Origin: Actinomycetota bacterium
GTDB lineage: Bacteria; Actinomycetota; Actinomycetes; S36-B12
DNA: 64,000 nt
Direction of reading: 5' to 3'
Assembly: GCA_030650795.1 (NCBI GenBank)
Contig: JAUSDJ010000017.1
Coordinates: forward strand, 130,699-194,698
A program made the translations under genes and the position numbers. This document shows, one piece after another, positions 49,977-58,652 of this stretch. Position 1 is the first letter of the stretch. Every line of letters starts with the position of its first letter. The notes under the pieces are model-generated. The model did no database searches, was not told the DNA's origin, and was given only the letters and a program-made list of their open reading frames with translations.

Positions 49977-51148
49977 CCAGACTCCGCGAATCCGTGCAAG
50001 GAGTTATTGCCATCGGGAAACCACGTCAAAGTTGATATCGAGCAAGGCCGCAACTCCATGCGGTACACACTCTCGACGGGAGCGTCGATCGTGATCGCTA
50101 CGAGTAGTTTGATCGGACTCACATGCGAGACCACCAGAATGCTCTTGCTAGGAAATGAGTAGATGAGTTCACGGCGTGCGCGAGCAACACGTTCTTGCAC
50201 CTGAGTGAAGGACTCCCCACCCGGTGGCGCATAGTCAACTGATTCCAGCCACTCTCGCAATTCATCGGGCCACTTGGACTGCACATCAGCGAAGGTGAGG
50301 CCATCCCAGTCCCCGAAGGCACATTCGGCGAGGTCGTCCATCACGACCAGCTCGTTGGCCAGATCACCGCTGAGAATTGCTGCTGTTTGGCGAGTACGAA
50401 GCAATGGCGAACTGACAACCAGATCGAATTTGAATCTGGCGGCAAGCTCGTGTGCGGCGGCTTGGGCCTGAGCCTCGCCAATTGCGGCGAGTCCTGGATC
50501 TGCCCCGCCACGGCCGCTGAATCGCCTCTCGAGACTGAATTGGGTTGCGCCGTGACGCACCAGCACAGCTGTGGTGGGTGTTTCCATCTCTTCCCAGCCG
50601 ACCATCTTGTTTGGCGCTCGCTGCTCCCGGGCAATCGCACCTTGTGCGAAGGCTTCCTCGGCGTCACCGATGACATCGACTGCATCCTGCACCAAGAGGC
50701 CTGAGTCAAAGATGCGCTTGATCAGCGCATTGCCGCCGTCTTGTACTTGATCGAGGACTTCATTGACGAGGGAATCGGCATGAGCATTCGCTGATCGCGG
50801 AACCCAGGTGTAGGTGACTTGCCCCGGAGGGAAGATGGCGCGCACTTGCAGAGCAAGCTCGCGCATGTCTGGGTGCTTGATCTTCCAGCGCCCACTCATC
50901 TGCTCCACGATCAGCTTGGAATCAAGCCGGACCTCGACGACAGCAGTGGAATCAAGTTCGTACGCATGCGCCAAGCCCGCGAGTGCACCGCGATACTCGG
51001 CAACATTGTTCGTGGCCAAGCCGATGTGCTCGGCCAACTCAGCAAGGACTGCACTGGTAGCAGCATCCTTGACAACAGCGCCATATGCGGCCGGCCCTGG
51101 ATTGCCTCTCGAGCCGCCATCAGCTTCAACGATAAAGGCTCGACTCAT
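49940..51148 (-). CDS. bifunctional RNase H / CobC-like histidine phosphatase (Rv2228c-like)
   Basis: ORF 49940..51199. Start set at ATG 51148 (MSRAFIVEADGGSRGNPGPAAYG...NNVAEYRG = RNase HI), then VLVRHGATQFS...RFSGRGG histidine-phosphatase RHG motif. ATGA overlap with the upstream gene. Confidence 0.88.
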   Translation of the reverse strand: MSRAFIVEADGGSRGNPGPAAYGAVVKDAATSAVLAELAEHIGLATNNVAEYRGALAGLAHAYELDSTAVVEVRLDSKLIVEQMSGRWKIKHPDMRELALQVRAIFPPGQVTYTWVPRSANAHADSLVNEVLDQVQDGGNALIKRIFDSGLLVQDAVDVIGDAEEAFAQGAIAREQRAPNKMVGWEEMETPTTAVLVRHGATQFSLERRFSGRGGADPGLAAIGEAQAQAAAHELAARFKFDLVVSSPLLRTRQTAAILSGDLANELVVMDDLAECAFGDWDGLTFADVQSKWPDELREWLESVDYAPPGGESFTQVQERVARARRELIYSFPSKSILVVSHVSPIKLLVAITIDAPVESVYRMELRPCSISTLTWFPDGNNSLHGFAESGHLREVDTFPGV

Positions 51149-51891
51149 TGCAGTCCGGACTCCGCTGTGCGCACCAGGATCCGGCGGCATTCCTCGCATC
51201 GAACAACCTCGTCCGGATCAATCGATCGCAGTCGTTCGAGTTCATTCGGCGGAAGCTGAATTCGACAACCCTCACACTGTCCACGGTGGAGATGCGCAGC
51301 CCCAACCCCGTTCTGATCAGCCCTGATCTTCTCGTATAGCGACAGCAGGTCCGTAGGAATGCGGCTGGCCAGTTCTTTGCGATCAACCACCACGACATCG
51401 CGCTCAACATCAATCTCGGCAACGAGCGCCGCCACCGCACTTGTCAACGACTCGCGAACAGCCAGCGCTTCCTCATGCTGCGAAGCGAGCTGACGGACGG
51501 CCGCTTGGGCGCCCTCCACTCGCTCCATGACTTCGAGTTCAATATCTTCAAGCTCAGACTGCCTGCGCGCCAGTGAGACCAATTCATGCTGAAGATTCTG
51601 CAACTGCTTGGGATCCCCGATCGATCCGGAATCCAACAGGAGTTGATCCTTGACTGCGCGCTCGCGAACCTGATCGACATCTGCATCGGCTCGCGCCTGA
51701 TCGCGTTCCAGATCGCCGGCGATCACTCGGGCGGCAACATGTTCATCATGCAGTCGCTGAATTCGCTGATTCAGATCGGCCAGCTCCTGCTTCTGCGGGA
51801 GCGTGCGATCACGGTGCTCGAGTTGAGTGGAGCGGGTATCCAATCGCTGTAAGTCAAGAAGCAACTTCTGCGCAGCGGCTTCGGCCTTCAT
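51145..51891 (-). CDS. coiled-coil C4 zinc-ribbon protein (COG1579, Rv2229c-like)
   Basis: ORF 51145..51957. Start ATG 51891 (MKAEAAAQKLL...). C-terminal CEGCRIQLPP...VRCEECRRIL. Confidence 0.82.
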   Translation of the reverse strand: MKAEAAAQKLLLDLQRLDTRSTQLEHRDRTLPQKQELADLNQRIQRLHDEHVAARVIAGDLERDQARADADVDQVRERAVKDQLLLDSGSIGDPKQLQNLQHELVSLARRQSELEDIELEVMERVEGAQAAVRQLASQHEEALAVRESLTSAVAALVAEIDVERDVVVVDRKELASRIPTDLLSLYEKIRADQNGVGAAHLHRGQCEGCRIQLPPNELERLRSIDPDEVVRCEECRRILVRTAESGLQ

Positions 51892-52721
51892 TGCGCACTC
51901 CGCTGCGTGACACTCTCGTGATGTGCAGTCCAAGGATCCGTTGGGGTTGTAGAGCAATGCACGATGATGGTCATACCTTCCTGTGCCAGATCAGATATCA
52001 ACTGTTGGGCCGCAAGTTGCAGCCAAGGCCATTCGCTTGCCCAGTGCGCCACGTCGATGAGCGCACAGCCACCCTCTGCCAGATGATCCTGAGCCCGATG
52101 GTGTCGCAGATCGGCCGTGACGAACACGTCAGCACGAGAGCCCAGACTAACGAGCAGCGAATCGCCTGCACCGCCACAGACTGCGACGGTGCGCAGGATT
52201 GTCTGGGGATCCCCTGCGATGCGAACTCCATGCTTGGTCGCAGGCAGTTGCGCCGCCACAAGCGCACTGAATTCTGCAAGAGTGGTCGGCTCGGCGAGCA
52301 GACCGATGCGTCCGGTGCCGGTGTCGTCGGACAGCGGATCGATTGGTCGCATCTGAGTGAGCCCAAGAGTGACCCCGAGCGCATCTGAAACTCCGGGATT
52401 GGCATGGTCTGCATTGGTATGCGCAGCGGCCAAGGCGATGCCATTGCCGATAAGTGAGTGGATCAGCCGACCCTTTGCCGTCACCGCAGCCACCCCGTGA
52501 ACTCCCCGAAGGAAGAGTGGATGGTGCGTGATGATCATCGAGAAACCGCCTTCGATGGCCTCATCAAGCACTCTCTGGACGGGATCAATGGCAAAGAGCA
52601 CTCGCTCCACAGGAGCACTGGGATCTCCACAGATCAATCCCACGGCATCCCAGTCGGCGGCCAGGCTGACAGGGTTTCGTCGCTCTATCGCTGCGAGAAC
52701 TTGAGCGACGTTGGCGAACAT
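51888..52721 (-). CDS. Nif3-like dinuclear metal centre protein
   Basis: DWDAVGLICGDP...MIITHHPLFLRG...AAHTNAD. Confidence 0.88.
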   Translation of the reverse strand: MFANVAQVLAAIERRNPVSLAADWDAVGLICGDPSAPVERVLFAIDPVQRVLDEAIEGGFSMIITHHPLFLRGVHGVAAVTAKGRLIHSLIGNGIALAAAHTNADHANPGVSDALGVTLGLTQMRPIDPLSDDTGTGRIGLLAEPTTLAEFSALVAAQLPATKHGVRIAGDPQTILRTVAVCGGAGDSLLVSLGSRADVFVTADLRHHRAQDHLAEGGCALIDVAHWASEWPWLQLAAQQLISDLAQEGMTIIVHCSTTPTDPWTAHHESVTQRSAQ

Positions 52722-52726
52722 TCCCC

Positions 52727-52775
52727 AAGGTTACCTGCGGGCACTGGTCGACACTTCGCACCGACGGGTAACCTT
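52727..52775. repeat. 9-bp perfect inverted repeat AAGGTTACC / GGTAACCTT with 31-nt spacer
   Basis: Read directly, with arms at 52727-52735 and 52767-52775. Lies between the Nif3 operon start and tRNA-Val. Confidence 0.8.
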
Positions 52776-52784
52776 GTTCGGCTC

Positions 52785-52860
<76 letters not shown>

Positions 52861-52873
52861 TTTGTGCTGAGTC

Positions 52874-52893
52874 GAAGTTCGCCAGGCGACTTC
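52874..52893. terminator. weak hairpin between tRNA-Val and the convergent GT2 gene
   Basis: GAAGTTCG-CCAGG-CGACTTC, an imperfect stem with one bulge. Confidence 0.25.
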
Positions 52894-52949
52894 ACAATTC
52901 TTGGCCTGCCGGAGAATGCGCCTACAAGCGTGATGCCTCCGATTCGCAG

Positions 52950-54236
52950 CTATTTAGCGATGGATTCCCTGGCAGTTTTCACCCAACCTCGTTGGCCTCG
53001 TATGAGCCGGTATAGGCCCAGGAAGGCCACCGGCCACATCAGCCAGATGTAGACCATGTAGGGCACAAATGCCTTGAGGCTGGCCAACCCTCCGCGCCAA
53101 CCGCGCCCTCGTGCGACCACGAGCACGCCAAGACTTACCGGACCCAAGGCAAGCACGACCATCACAACGGTCAACCAGACGTTGCTCACTGGTAGATATG
53201 GGTAACCAAAGCCGATCCACAACACCATTCCCGAGATCACCGCGACGCCAACAATCAGTGTGAGCACCGGCAGTAGCAGGCTGACGAGGGCATCGAGGCG
53301 TCGAATGCCGAGAAGGTGGTGAGCATTGAGGCGTCGCAAGCTTCCAACGACCTGGAGGTTGCCCTGCATCCATCGCGTGCGTTGCTTGTAAAGCCGCTTC
53401 AGGCTGTTGAGCCCCTGCTGATCGACGTGCGTGAAGGCCTCTTGCTCGCCGAACCAACCTCGCGATAGCAGCCGAAGGCCGAGCTCCTGATCTTCAGTGA
53501 GGTAGTGCGACCAGGGCCCCTCATCATCCGCGACTGACTCCAGGGCAGCGAGCCGATTGAACTGGCCATTGCCGCCCATGAATGCCGCCCCCCAGCGCGA
53601 ACGTCCGGCTTGGTACAGCCCACCAAATACCTCGAATTCAAGTTGCTGCATTCTTGTAAGGAAACTCGATCGGTTGTAGATGCGCACATTTACCTGAACA
53701 CCGCCGACCCGCGGATTGTCGAAATGACGTCCCACGTGTACTGGCGCTGTAGTTGCCAAGCGGCCATCAGCATCAACGATGCCGACAATCACTTGTTCTG
53801 GCGTCCACGTTCGATATTCATCGCGACTCAACAAATCGCGCAACAGGAATTGATATGCATCATCGAGTGCAGCGGCCTTCCCTCTGCGAGCATTCGGAGC
53901 AACCCTGGTGTGCACGATCAGATCAGGTCCGCCGATTTGTTCAAGCACTTCGCCAGTGTTGTCATCGGAGCCATCATTGATGACGATGATGATCTTGTTC
54001 GTTGCCTCGACAGCTCTTAGTCTCGCAACGCTGTCTGCGATGGTCACTGCTTCGTTCAAGGCAGGCACCAAGAAGGCCCAGAGGTAGGCCGCCTCATTGC
54101 CTGAGGGTCGCGCGCGCCAGTCTTTGACGTATCCACTTCCAGCGGCATACAGGACCACGGTCCATGTCGCACCCAAGAGCACACTGATGATGGCCACGTA
54201 ATAGCCCAACCAGACCAGCCACGTCAGAAGGACCAT
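52950..54236 (-). CDS. membrane-embedded processive family-2 glycosyltransferase (cellulose/chitin/PNAG-synthase-like, no PilZ domain)
   Basis: NDGSDDN, VDADG, TEDQELGLRL and QRTRW (QxxRW) motifs. N-terminal TM helices and a C-terminal TM bundle. Confidence 0.88.
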   Translation of the reverse strand: MVLLTWLVWLGYYVAIISVLLGATWTVVLYAAGSGYVKDWRARPSGNEAAYLWAFLVPALNEAVTIADSVARLRAVEATNKIIIVINDGSDDNTGEVLEQIGGPDLIVHTRVAPNARRGKAAALDDAYQFLLRDLLSRDEYRTWTPEQVIVGIVDADGRLATTAPVHVGRHFDNPRVGGVQVNVRIYNRSSFLTRMQQLEFEVFGGLYQAGRSRWGAAFMGGNGQFNRLAALESVADDEGPWSHYLTEDQELGLRLLSRGWFGEQEAFTHVDQQGLNSLKRLYKQRTRWMQGNLQVVGSLRRLNAHHLLGIRRLDALVSLLLPVLTLIVGVAVISGMVLWIGFGYPYLPVSNVWLTVVMVVLALGPVSLGVLVVARGRGWRGGLASLKAFVPYMVYIWLMWPVAFLGLYRLIRGQRGWVKTARESIAK

Positions 54237-54245
54237 GCTGAATTC

Positions 54246-56237
54246 CTAGCCCGTCGTGGAGGCACCAGGTAGCTCCGGTGCAGGTGCTTGAGGCTTGGTC
54301 CTACTCCACACGATCAGACCAATGATGAGGAACGCAGTGGCAATCAAAATCACGATCAGGAAACTGCGCCCACTCGTACTGGCATCGGGGGATGTCGGCA
54401 ACACAATCTCCTGCAACTGGCCAGTGGCGCCCATGGACACGACCTGTCCAGTGAGCTGTGTCCATCTGCCGGTTCCAGTCGCAATCTGGTTGGCGAACTG
54501 TTCGTTCAGTTGCAAGGCTGTCTTGCCCGCAGTAGAGGCGGGATCAGTAGGGATCGGACCAAAAATTGCGATGTCGCGCTTGTCTGCGAAGAACGCTTGA
54601 GCAAGAGCCAGCGGACCGGGTAAAGCCGCTGTGAATCGCGGTGCCGGATTTCCTACAGAGATGAGGTCATTTATTGTGAGCGGCGCACCCAGGGAGTCCG
54701 TTTCCGACGCTCCTGCGCCAACCAACAGCCCTGCGACTCGAGCAGTCTCGAAGTCGTTGGCGGTCACGAGATTGACTGCGAGTTGTTCAGGAGTGGATGA
54801 CTCCAGAGCGGCGATCAAGTCACCCGCTTGCTGCAGCAAAGATGCCGGATCGCCAGCAGACCCAAATGCGATTGGCACTATTGCGCCAAGCACCTGCGGG
54901 AATCTCTGGAAGCCCGGCGGCACAGAATCTCCAAAACTAGGCGTCACATAGCTTTGCTTTGTGTCAATGTCGAGCCGAGCTGACAAGGGTTGGGGTGTGC
55001 ACCTCCCCGAAGCTGGCACGTACGAAAAGTCGATCGTCAGTTGGTTATCACGATTGAGCTGCTCAGATGAGATCGAGAGCAGTGGATTTAACTTCGTCGT
55101 ATCCGACATTCCGATCGAATCAATCAGCGTGCCATTCCAGAGGAAGTCAACACGACCGGCTGCTCCCTCGGGCAGCGGGGTAATGACGCCGGCCAGACTG
55201 ATTTGCACAGACGAGAGCGACTGCCCGAAGGCTGGCTGGTTGATTGCGATAACGCTCTGCAGCTGGCCAACGCCGCTCATCGAGATCCTCGAGGCGCCCA
55301 GATCAAAGAGCGAGGTCTTGCCCGTTGCGGGGGCCCAATCTGGAGTGCCCGCCACATGCTCCAAACGCTTTCCCTCGAACAGCGAAAGCGCCGGATCAGC
55401 GAGTGCGAAGGCAGTACCGGCCAAGGCCTCTGGCGCGCCGGTCAAGTACAGCGCACCATCAGGACGCACCTCGAGAGTTCCGCCAGCTGAAGTGGCGGAA
55501 GCGGTTACCGACGGCCCGGGCGAAGCGGTCACACCCGCTTCATCAGTGGCTTGCACGACAACCGTGCGGTTGAGGAAGTCGTCATCTGGAGAAGAGTTTG
55601 AGACGAGCAATTTCACAACAGTTGGCACGGGGTAGAGATGCACGAGCGCGGCCACTGCATCCAACGCGGCCTGCTGTTCGGCGACGCTCGCCTTGGTTCC
55701 GACTTGCACAGTCAGTTGCGATAGCCCCGGCGATAAGAAGGTGCCAATCGAGGTAGGAGGCGTGACCGGATGAGAGTAGGTCAGGACTGCATTGTCCAGA
55801 GATGCCGTCGATGTACTGTCGATGAAGCAATCATCATGCGCATCCAACTGCACATACATGCCAATGACCGCCACGCCGCGTTCAACATCATCGGCATTCG
55901 CGACTGCGTGGATTGCACCACCTGATCGCGTCGGAACCTGCGCAATGCGGCGGCCATTGATGGTGACAATGATCGTTCCGTCATATGTGAAGGTGCTCCG
56001 GACCGTTCCATCAAACACAATCGGTGTTGCGCTATCGGGCAGAGTCACTGCGACTGTAGACGAACCACCAGCGCCCTTCACACTCAGCACATATGGAAGT
56101 TTCGCAGTTGCTACAGATTCAGGAGTGACTGCTTGGTTTGCGCCCCAGGCCGCACCAGACATACCAACACCCATCGCGACGAGGAGGCAGAGCGCGCCGT
56201 AGCGCCGCACAAGCTCTGGGGTTGAACGCGCGCGCAC
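54246..56237 (-). CDS. large exported protein with single C-terminal TM anchor; BcsB-like synthase accessory subunit (inferred)
   Basis: Signal peptide ...GMSGAAWGA. Two similar modules (…IIVTINGRRIAQV…AHDDCFIDSTSTASLDNAVLTY and …FLWNGTLIDSI…NQLTIDFSYVPASGRCTPQP…). C-terminal TM FLIVILIATAFLIIGLIVW. 9-nt gap to the GT2 gene. Confidence 0.65.
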   Translation of the reverse strand: MRARSTPELVRRYGALCLLVAMGVGMSGAAWGANQAVTPESVATAKLPYVLSVKGAGGSSTVAVTLPDSATPIVFDGTVRSTFTYDGTIIVTINGRRIAQVPTRSGGAIHAVANADDVERGVAVIGMYVQLDAHDDCFIDSTSTASLDNAVLTYSHPVTPPTSIGTFLSPGLSQLTVQVGTKASVAEQQAALDAVAALVHLYPVPTVVKLLVSNSSPDDDFLNRTVVVQATDEAGVTASPGPSVTASATSAGGTLEVRPDGALYLTGAPEALAGTAFALADPALSLFEGKRLEHVAGTPDWAPATGKTSLFDLGASRISMSGVGQLQSVIAINQPAFGQSLSSVQISLAGVITPLPEGAAGRVDFLWNGTLIDSIGMSDTTKLNPLLSISSEQLNRDNQLTIDFSYVPASGRCTPQPLSARLDIDTKQSYVTPSFGDSVPPGFQRFPQVLGAIVPIAFGSAGDPASLLQQAGDLIAALESSTPEQLAVNLVTANDFETARVAGLLVGAGASETDSLGAPLTINDLISVGNPAPRFTAALPGPLALAQAFFADKRDIAIFGPIPTDPASTAGKTALQLNEQFANQIATGTGRWTQLTGQVVSMGATGQLQEIVLPTSPDASTSGRSFLIVILIATAFLIIGLIVWSRTKPQAPAPELPGASTTG

Positions 56238-56239
56238 AG

Positions 56240-57580
56240 TTATGAGTTCCGATCGCCGGCGAGAATGGATTCATTTGATTCGAAGGCGTAGCCCGCGTCC
56301 TTGAGAACCGACTCCCTATTGAAAGCTGGCCCAAACTGCTGAGGTGCGGGGCCGTTGAAGATCAAATACTCGAAGGCTTGAACGATCCGCTCTGCCGCCA
56401 AGCCATCGCCAAACGGATTCTGCGCTCCTCTCATGAGCGCATAGGCGGCTGGATCGTTCAGCAGATGCAAAGCCTCGGCCGCGATGACGTCTGGATTCGT
56501 GCCGACCATCTTCAACGTTCCGGCGATGACTCCTTCCGCACGCTCGGTTGTGTCACGCGTCACGAGCACCGGAGTCCCCACGCTCGGACCTTCTTCCTGA
56601 ATTCCACCGGAATCAGTGATCGCCAACTTTGCGAGCTTTAATAGACGCGCAAAAGTGACGTAATCGAGAGCGTCGGTGAGGATCACATTTGGCAGCGACT
56701 CGAGCGGAGGTTGTAGGTACGCGCGCACGCGTGGATTGGGATGCAACGGCAGCACGAACGTGACATCTGGCCGGGCTGAGGCGATTCGGCGCACTCCTTC
56801 GGCAATCCCTTGGAGTCCTTCGCCCCAGTTTTCCCGACGATGAGCAGTCACCACAACGACTTCGCGTCCATCGTCCAGACCCTCAAGACGGGGATCTGGC
56901 CAAGGTAATTCAAGAGAAGCTGCCCACTTGAGCGCATCCACCCCTGTATTACCAGTCACAAAAATGGTGTCAGGATCAACACCTTCGGACACGAGCGAAT
57001 CGCGATTCTCGCTCGTTGGTGACAAATGGAGCGAGGCAATGCAGCTCAGCAGCGTGCGGTTGAGCTCTTCGGGAAATGGTGAGTTGCGATTGCCCGTGCG
57101 CAAGCCGGCCTCGATGTGAATGACGGGCAGACGGGCTTGAATCGATGCGAGCCCTGCCGCGAATGCCGAAGTCGTGTCGCCATGGACCACGACGAAACCA
57201 GGGAATCGGCGAAGACCCTCTTGCGAACCGGCTCCCATGCGCGGGCGCGATCGTCGTTCTGGTCCGCCACGGAACTCCACGAGAAGTTGATCAATGCCTT
57301 TCATGGTTGCCACACAAACGTCATTGATCGTTTGCCCTGGCTGCCCAATGGCGAGGTCAGCGTGGGGAGTGACACCTGCGAACGCCAGAACTGGATCCAC
57401 AAGATCGCGATGCTGACCAGTGGTCACAACAAAAGCTTCGATAGAAGGAGAAGCCCGCAGCGCGCGAAGGATGGGAACGAGCTTGATGGCCTCTGGTCTG
57501 GTGCCGATCACAATCAGGCAGCGCACCTTGGGTTGACCCGAACCCCGCCGGTCCTTGCCTTCTGAATTCTCCTGCTCCAC
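56240..57580 (-). CDS. wecB: UDP-N-acetylglucosamine 2-epimerase (non-hydrolysing)
   Basis: VIGTRPEAIKLVPI...VVVHGDTTS...HIEAGLRT...GGIQEE. The start may be GTG 57526 rather than GTG 57580. Contains an Arg-rich insertion of about 20 aa. Confidence 0.88.
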   Translation of the reverse strand: MEQENSEGKDRRGSGQPKVRCLIVIGTRPEAIKLVPILRALRASPSIEAFVVTTGQHRDLVDPVLAFAGVTPHADLAIGQPGQTINDVCVATMKGIDQLLVEFRGGPERRSRPRMGAGSQEGLRRFPGFVVVHGDTTSAFAAGLASIQARLPVIHIEAGLRTGNRNSPFPEELNRTLLSCIASLHLSPTSENRDSLVSEGVDPDTIFVTGNTGVDALKWAASLELPWPDPRLEGLDDGREVVVVTAHRRENWGEGLQGIAEGVRRIASARPDVTFVLPLHPNPRVRAYLQPPLESLPNVILTDALDYVTFARLLKLAKLAITDSGGIQEEGPSVGTPVLVTRDTTERAEGVIAGTLKMVGTNPDVIAAEALHLLNDPAAYALMRGAQNPFGDGLAAERIVQAFEYLIFNGPAPQQFGPAFNRESVLKDAGYAFESNESILAGDRNS

Positions 57581-57616
57581 AGCGCAAGTATGTCGGAGTC
57601 ATTGAAATCGCGCCGC

Positions 57617-58087
57617 TTAAGTGAGGGCGGCCATTGCCGCTTCGTAACTGCTCAGCTCGCGTTCCTCTGCTGGCCCATTGAGCACAGCCCACGCGATACG
57701 GCCTTCGAGATCAATCAGAAAGCTGCCACGCATCGCGAAGCCCTTGTCTTCCAAGAACACTCCGTACTGACGACTTACCTCTCCGTGCGGCCAGAAGTCG
57801 CTCAAGAGATCAAAGCTGATGCGAGCGCGAGTCGCGAATTCAGCAAGTGCATAGGGATTGTCGCAAGAAACACCGAAGACGTTCACCCCACGTTCGTGAA
57901 AACGGTCGATGAACGAATCAAGGGCAGCAAGCTCACTCGTGCAGACCTCAGTGAAGGCAAATGGAAAGAACACAAGCAATGCGGCCTGCCTCTCGCGAAA
58001 GTCGCTGAGTCGCACCTTGCCACCACGGTGGTCTGGCAATTGAAAATCAGGAGCAAGCGAACCAACCGAAAGTCCAAGCGCCGTCAT
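57617..58087 (-). CDS. ahpE: peroxiredoxin (AhpE-like 1-Cys/Bcp family)
   Basis: ORF 57617..58204. Start set at ATG 58087 ([19 protein letters not shown]...). Peroxidatic motif [12 protein letters not shown]. Confidence 0.85.
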   Translation of the reverse strand: MTALGLSVGSLAPDFQLPDHRGGKVRLSDFRERQAALLVFFPFAFTEVCTSELAALDSFIDRFHERGVNVFGVSCDNPYALAEFATRARISFDLLSDFWPHGEVSRQYGVFLEDKGFAMRGSFLIDLEGRIAWAVLNGPAEERELSSYEAAMAALT

Positions 58088-58100
58088 TGCAGATTGGCGA

Positions 58101-58538
58101 CTAGCGCTTTGCGCGAGGGGCCACCAGCCGAGTGCCCTGCCAATTGGAGCCGGCACTGATCGTGCTGGTCTGCTGCAAGCCTGCCGTGGGGGCGGCGTCG
58201 GCAATGTCCTCGGGCTCGATATGCCCGTCGCGACCGGGCTTGGGAGTCATCAGCCAGACCACACCGTGATCGGCGAGCAGGTGAATTGCATCCATCAGCG
58301 CATCAATGAGGTCGCCATCCTCGTCACGCCACCACATCAGCACAACGTCTACGACATCATCGAAGTCCTCGTCGACCAACTCGTCATCGATGACTGTCTC
58401 AATCGAGGTGCGCAGATCCAAATCGACGTCATCGTCGAAGCCGACCTCCTGCACAGTCATGCCAGCCTCAATCCCCAGCCGGACCGCACGTTGCCGTGCT
58501 CCATCCTGATCCGCTGCGGCGGCCACCAGACTCTCCAT
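58101..58538 (-). CDS. DUF3052-type acidic protein (Rv2239c-like)
   Basis: [19 protein letters not shown]... pattern, in the conserved position between ahpE and aceE. Confidence 0.75.
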   Translation of the reverse strand: MESLVAAAADQDGARQRAVRLGIEAGMTVQEVGFDDDVDLDLRTSIETVIDDELVDEDFDDVVDVVLMWWRDEDGDLIDALMDAIHLLADHGVVWLMTPKPGRDGHIEPEDIADAAPTAGLQQTSTISAGSNWQGTRLVAPRAKR

Positions 58539-58652
58539 TCCTCGTCAATGCAGGCCGGAGCCTGCTCATGGGCCGCTAGTTCACCGGACCGAGGGCAGAA
58601 TGGCAAGTGGGAGCGCCGAAGAACTCCGGATTCTCCCCCAACTTCACCAAAG

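Noticed and set aside
58221-58652. 144-aa N-terminal extension of aceE given by the ORF track
   Set aside because: It is antisense to the well-supported DUF3052 gene (58101..58538) and has no similarity to E1 N-termini.
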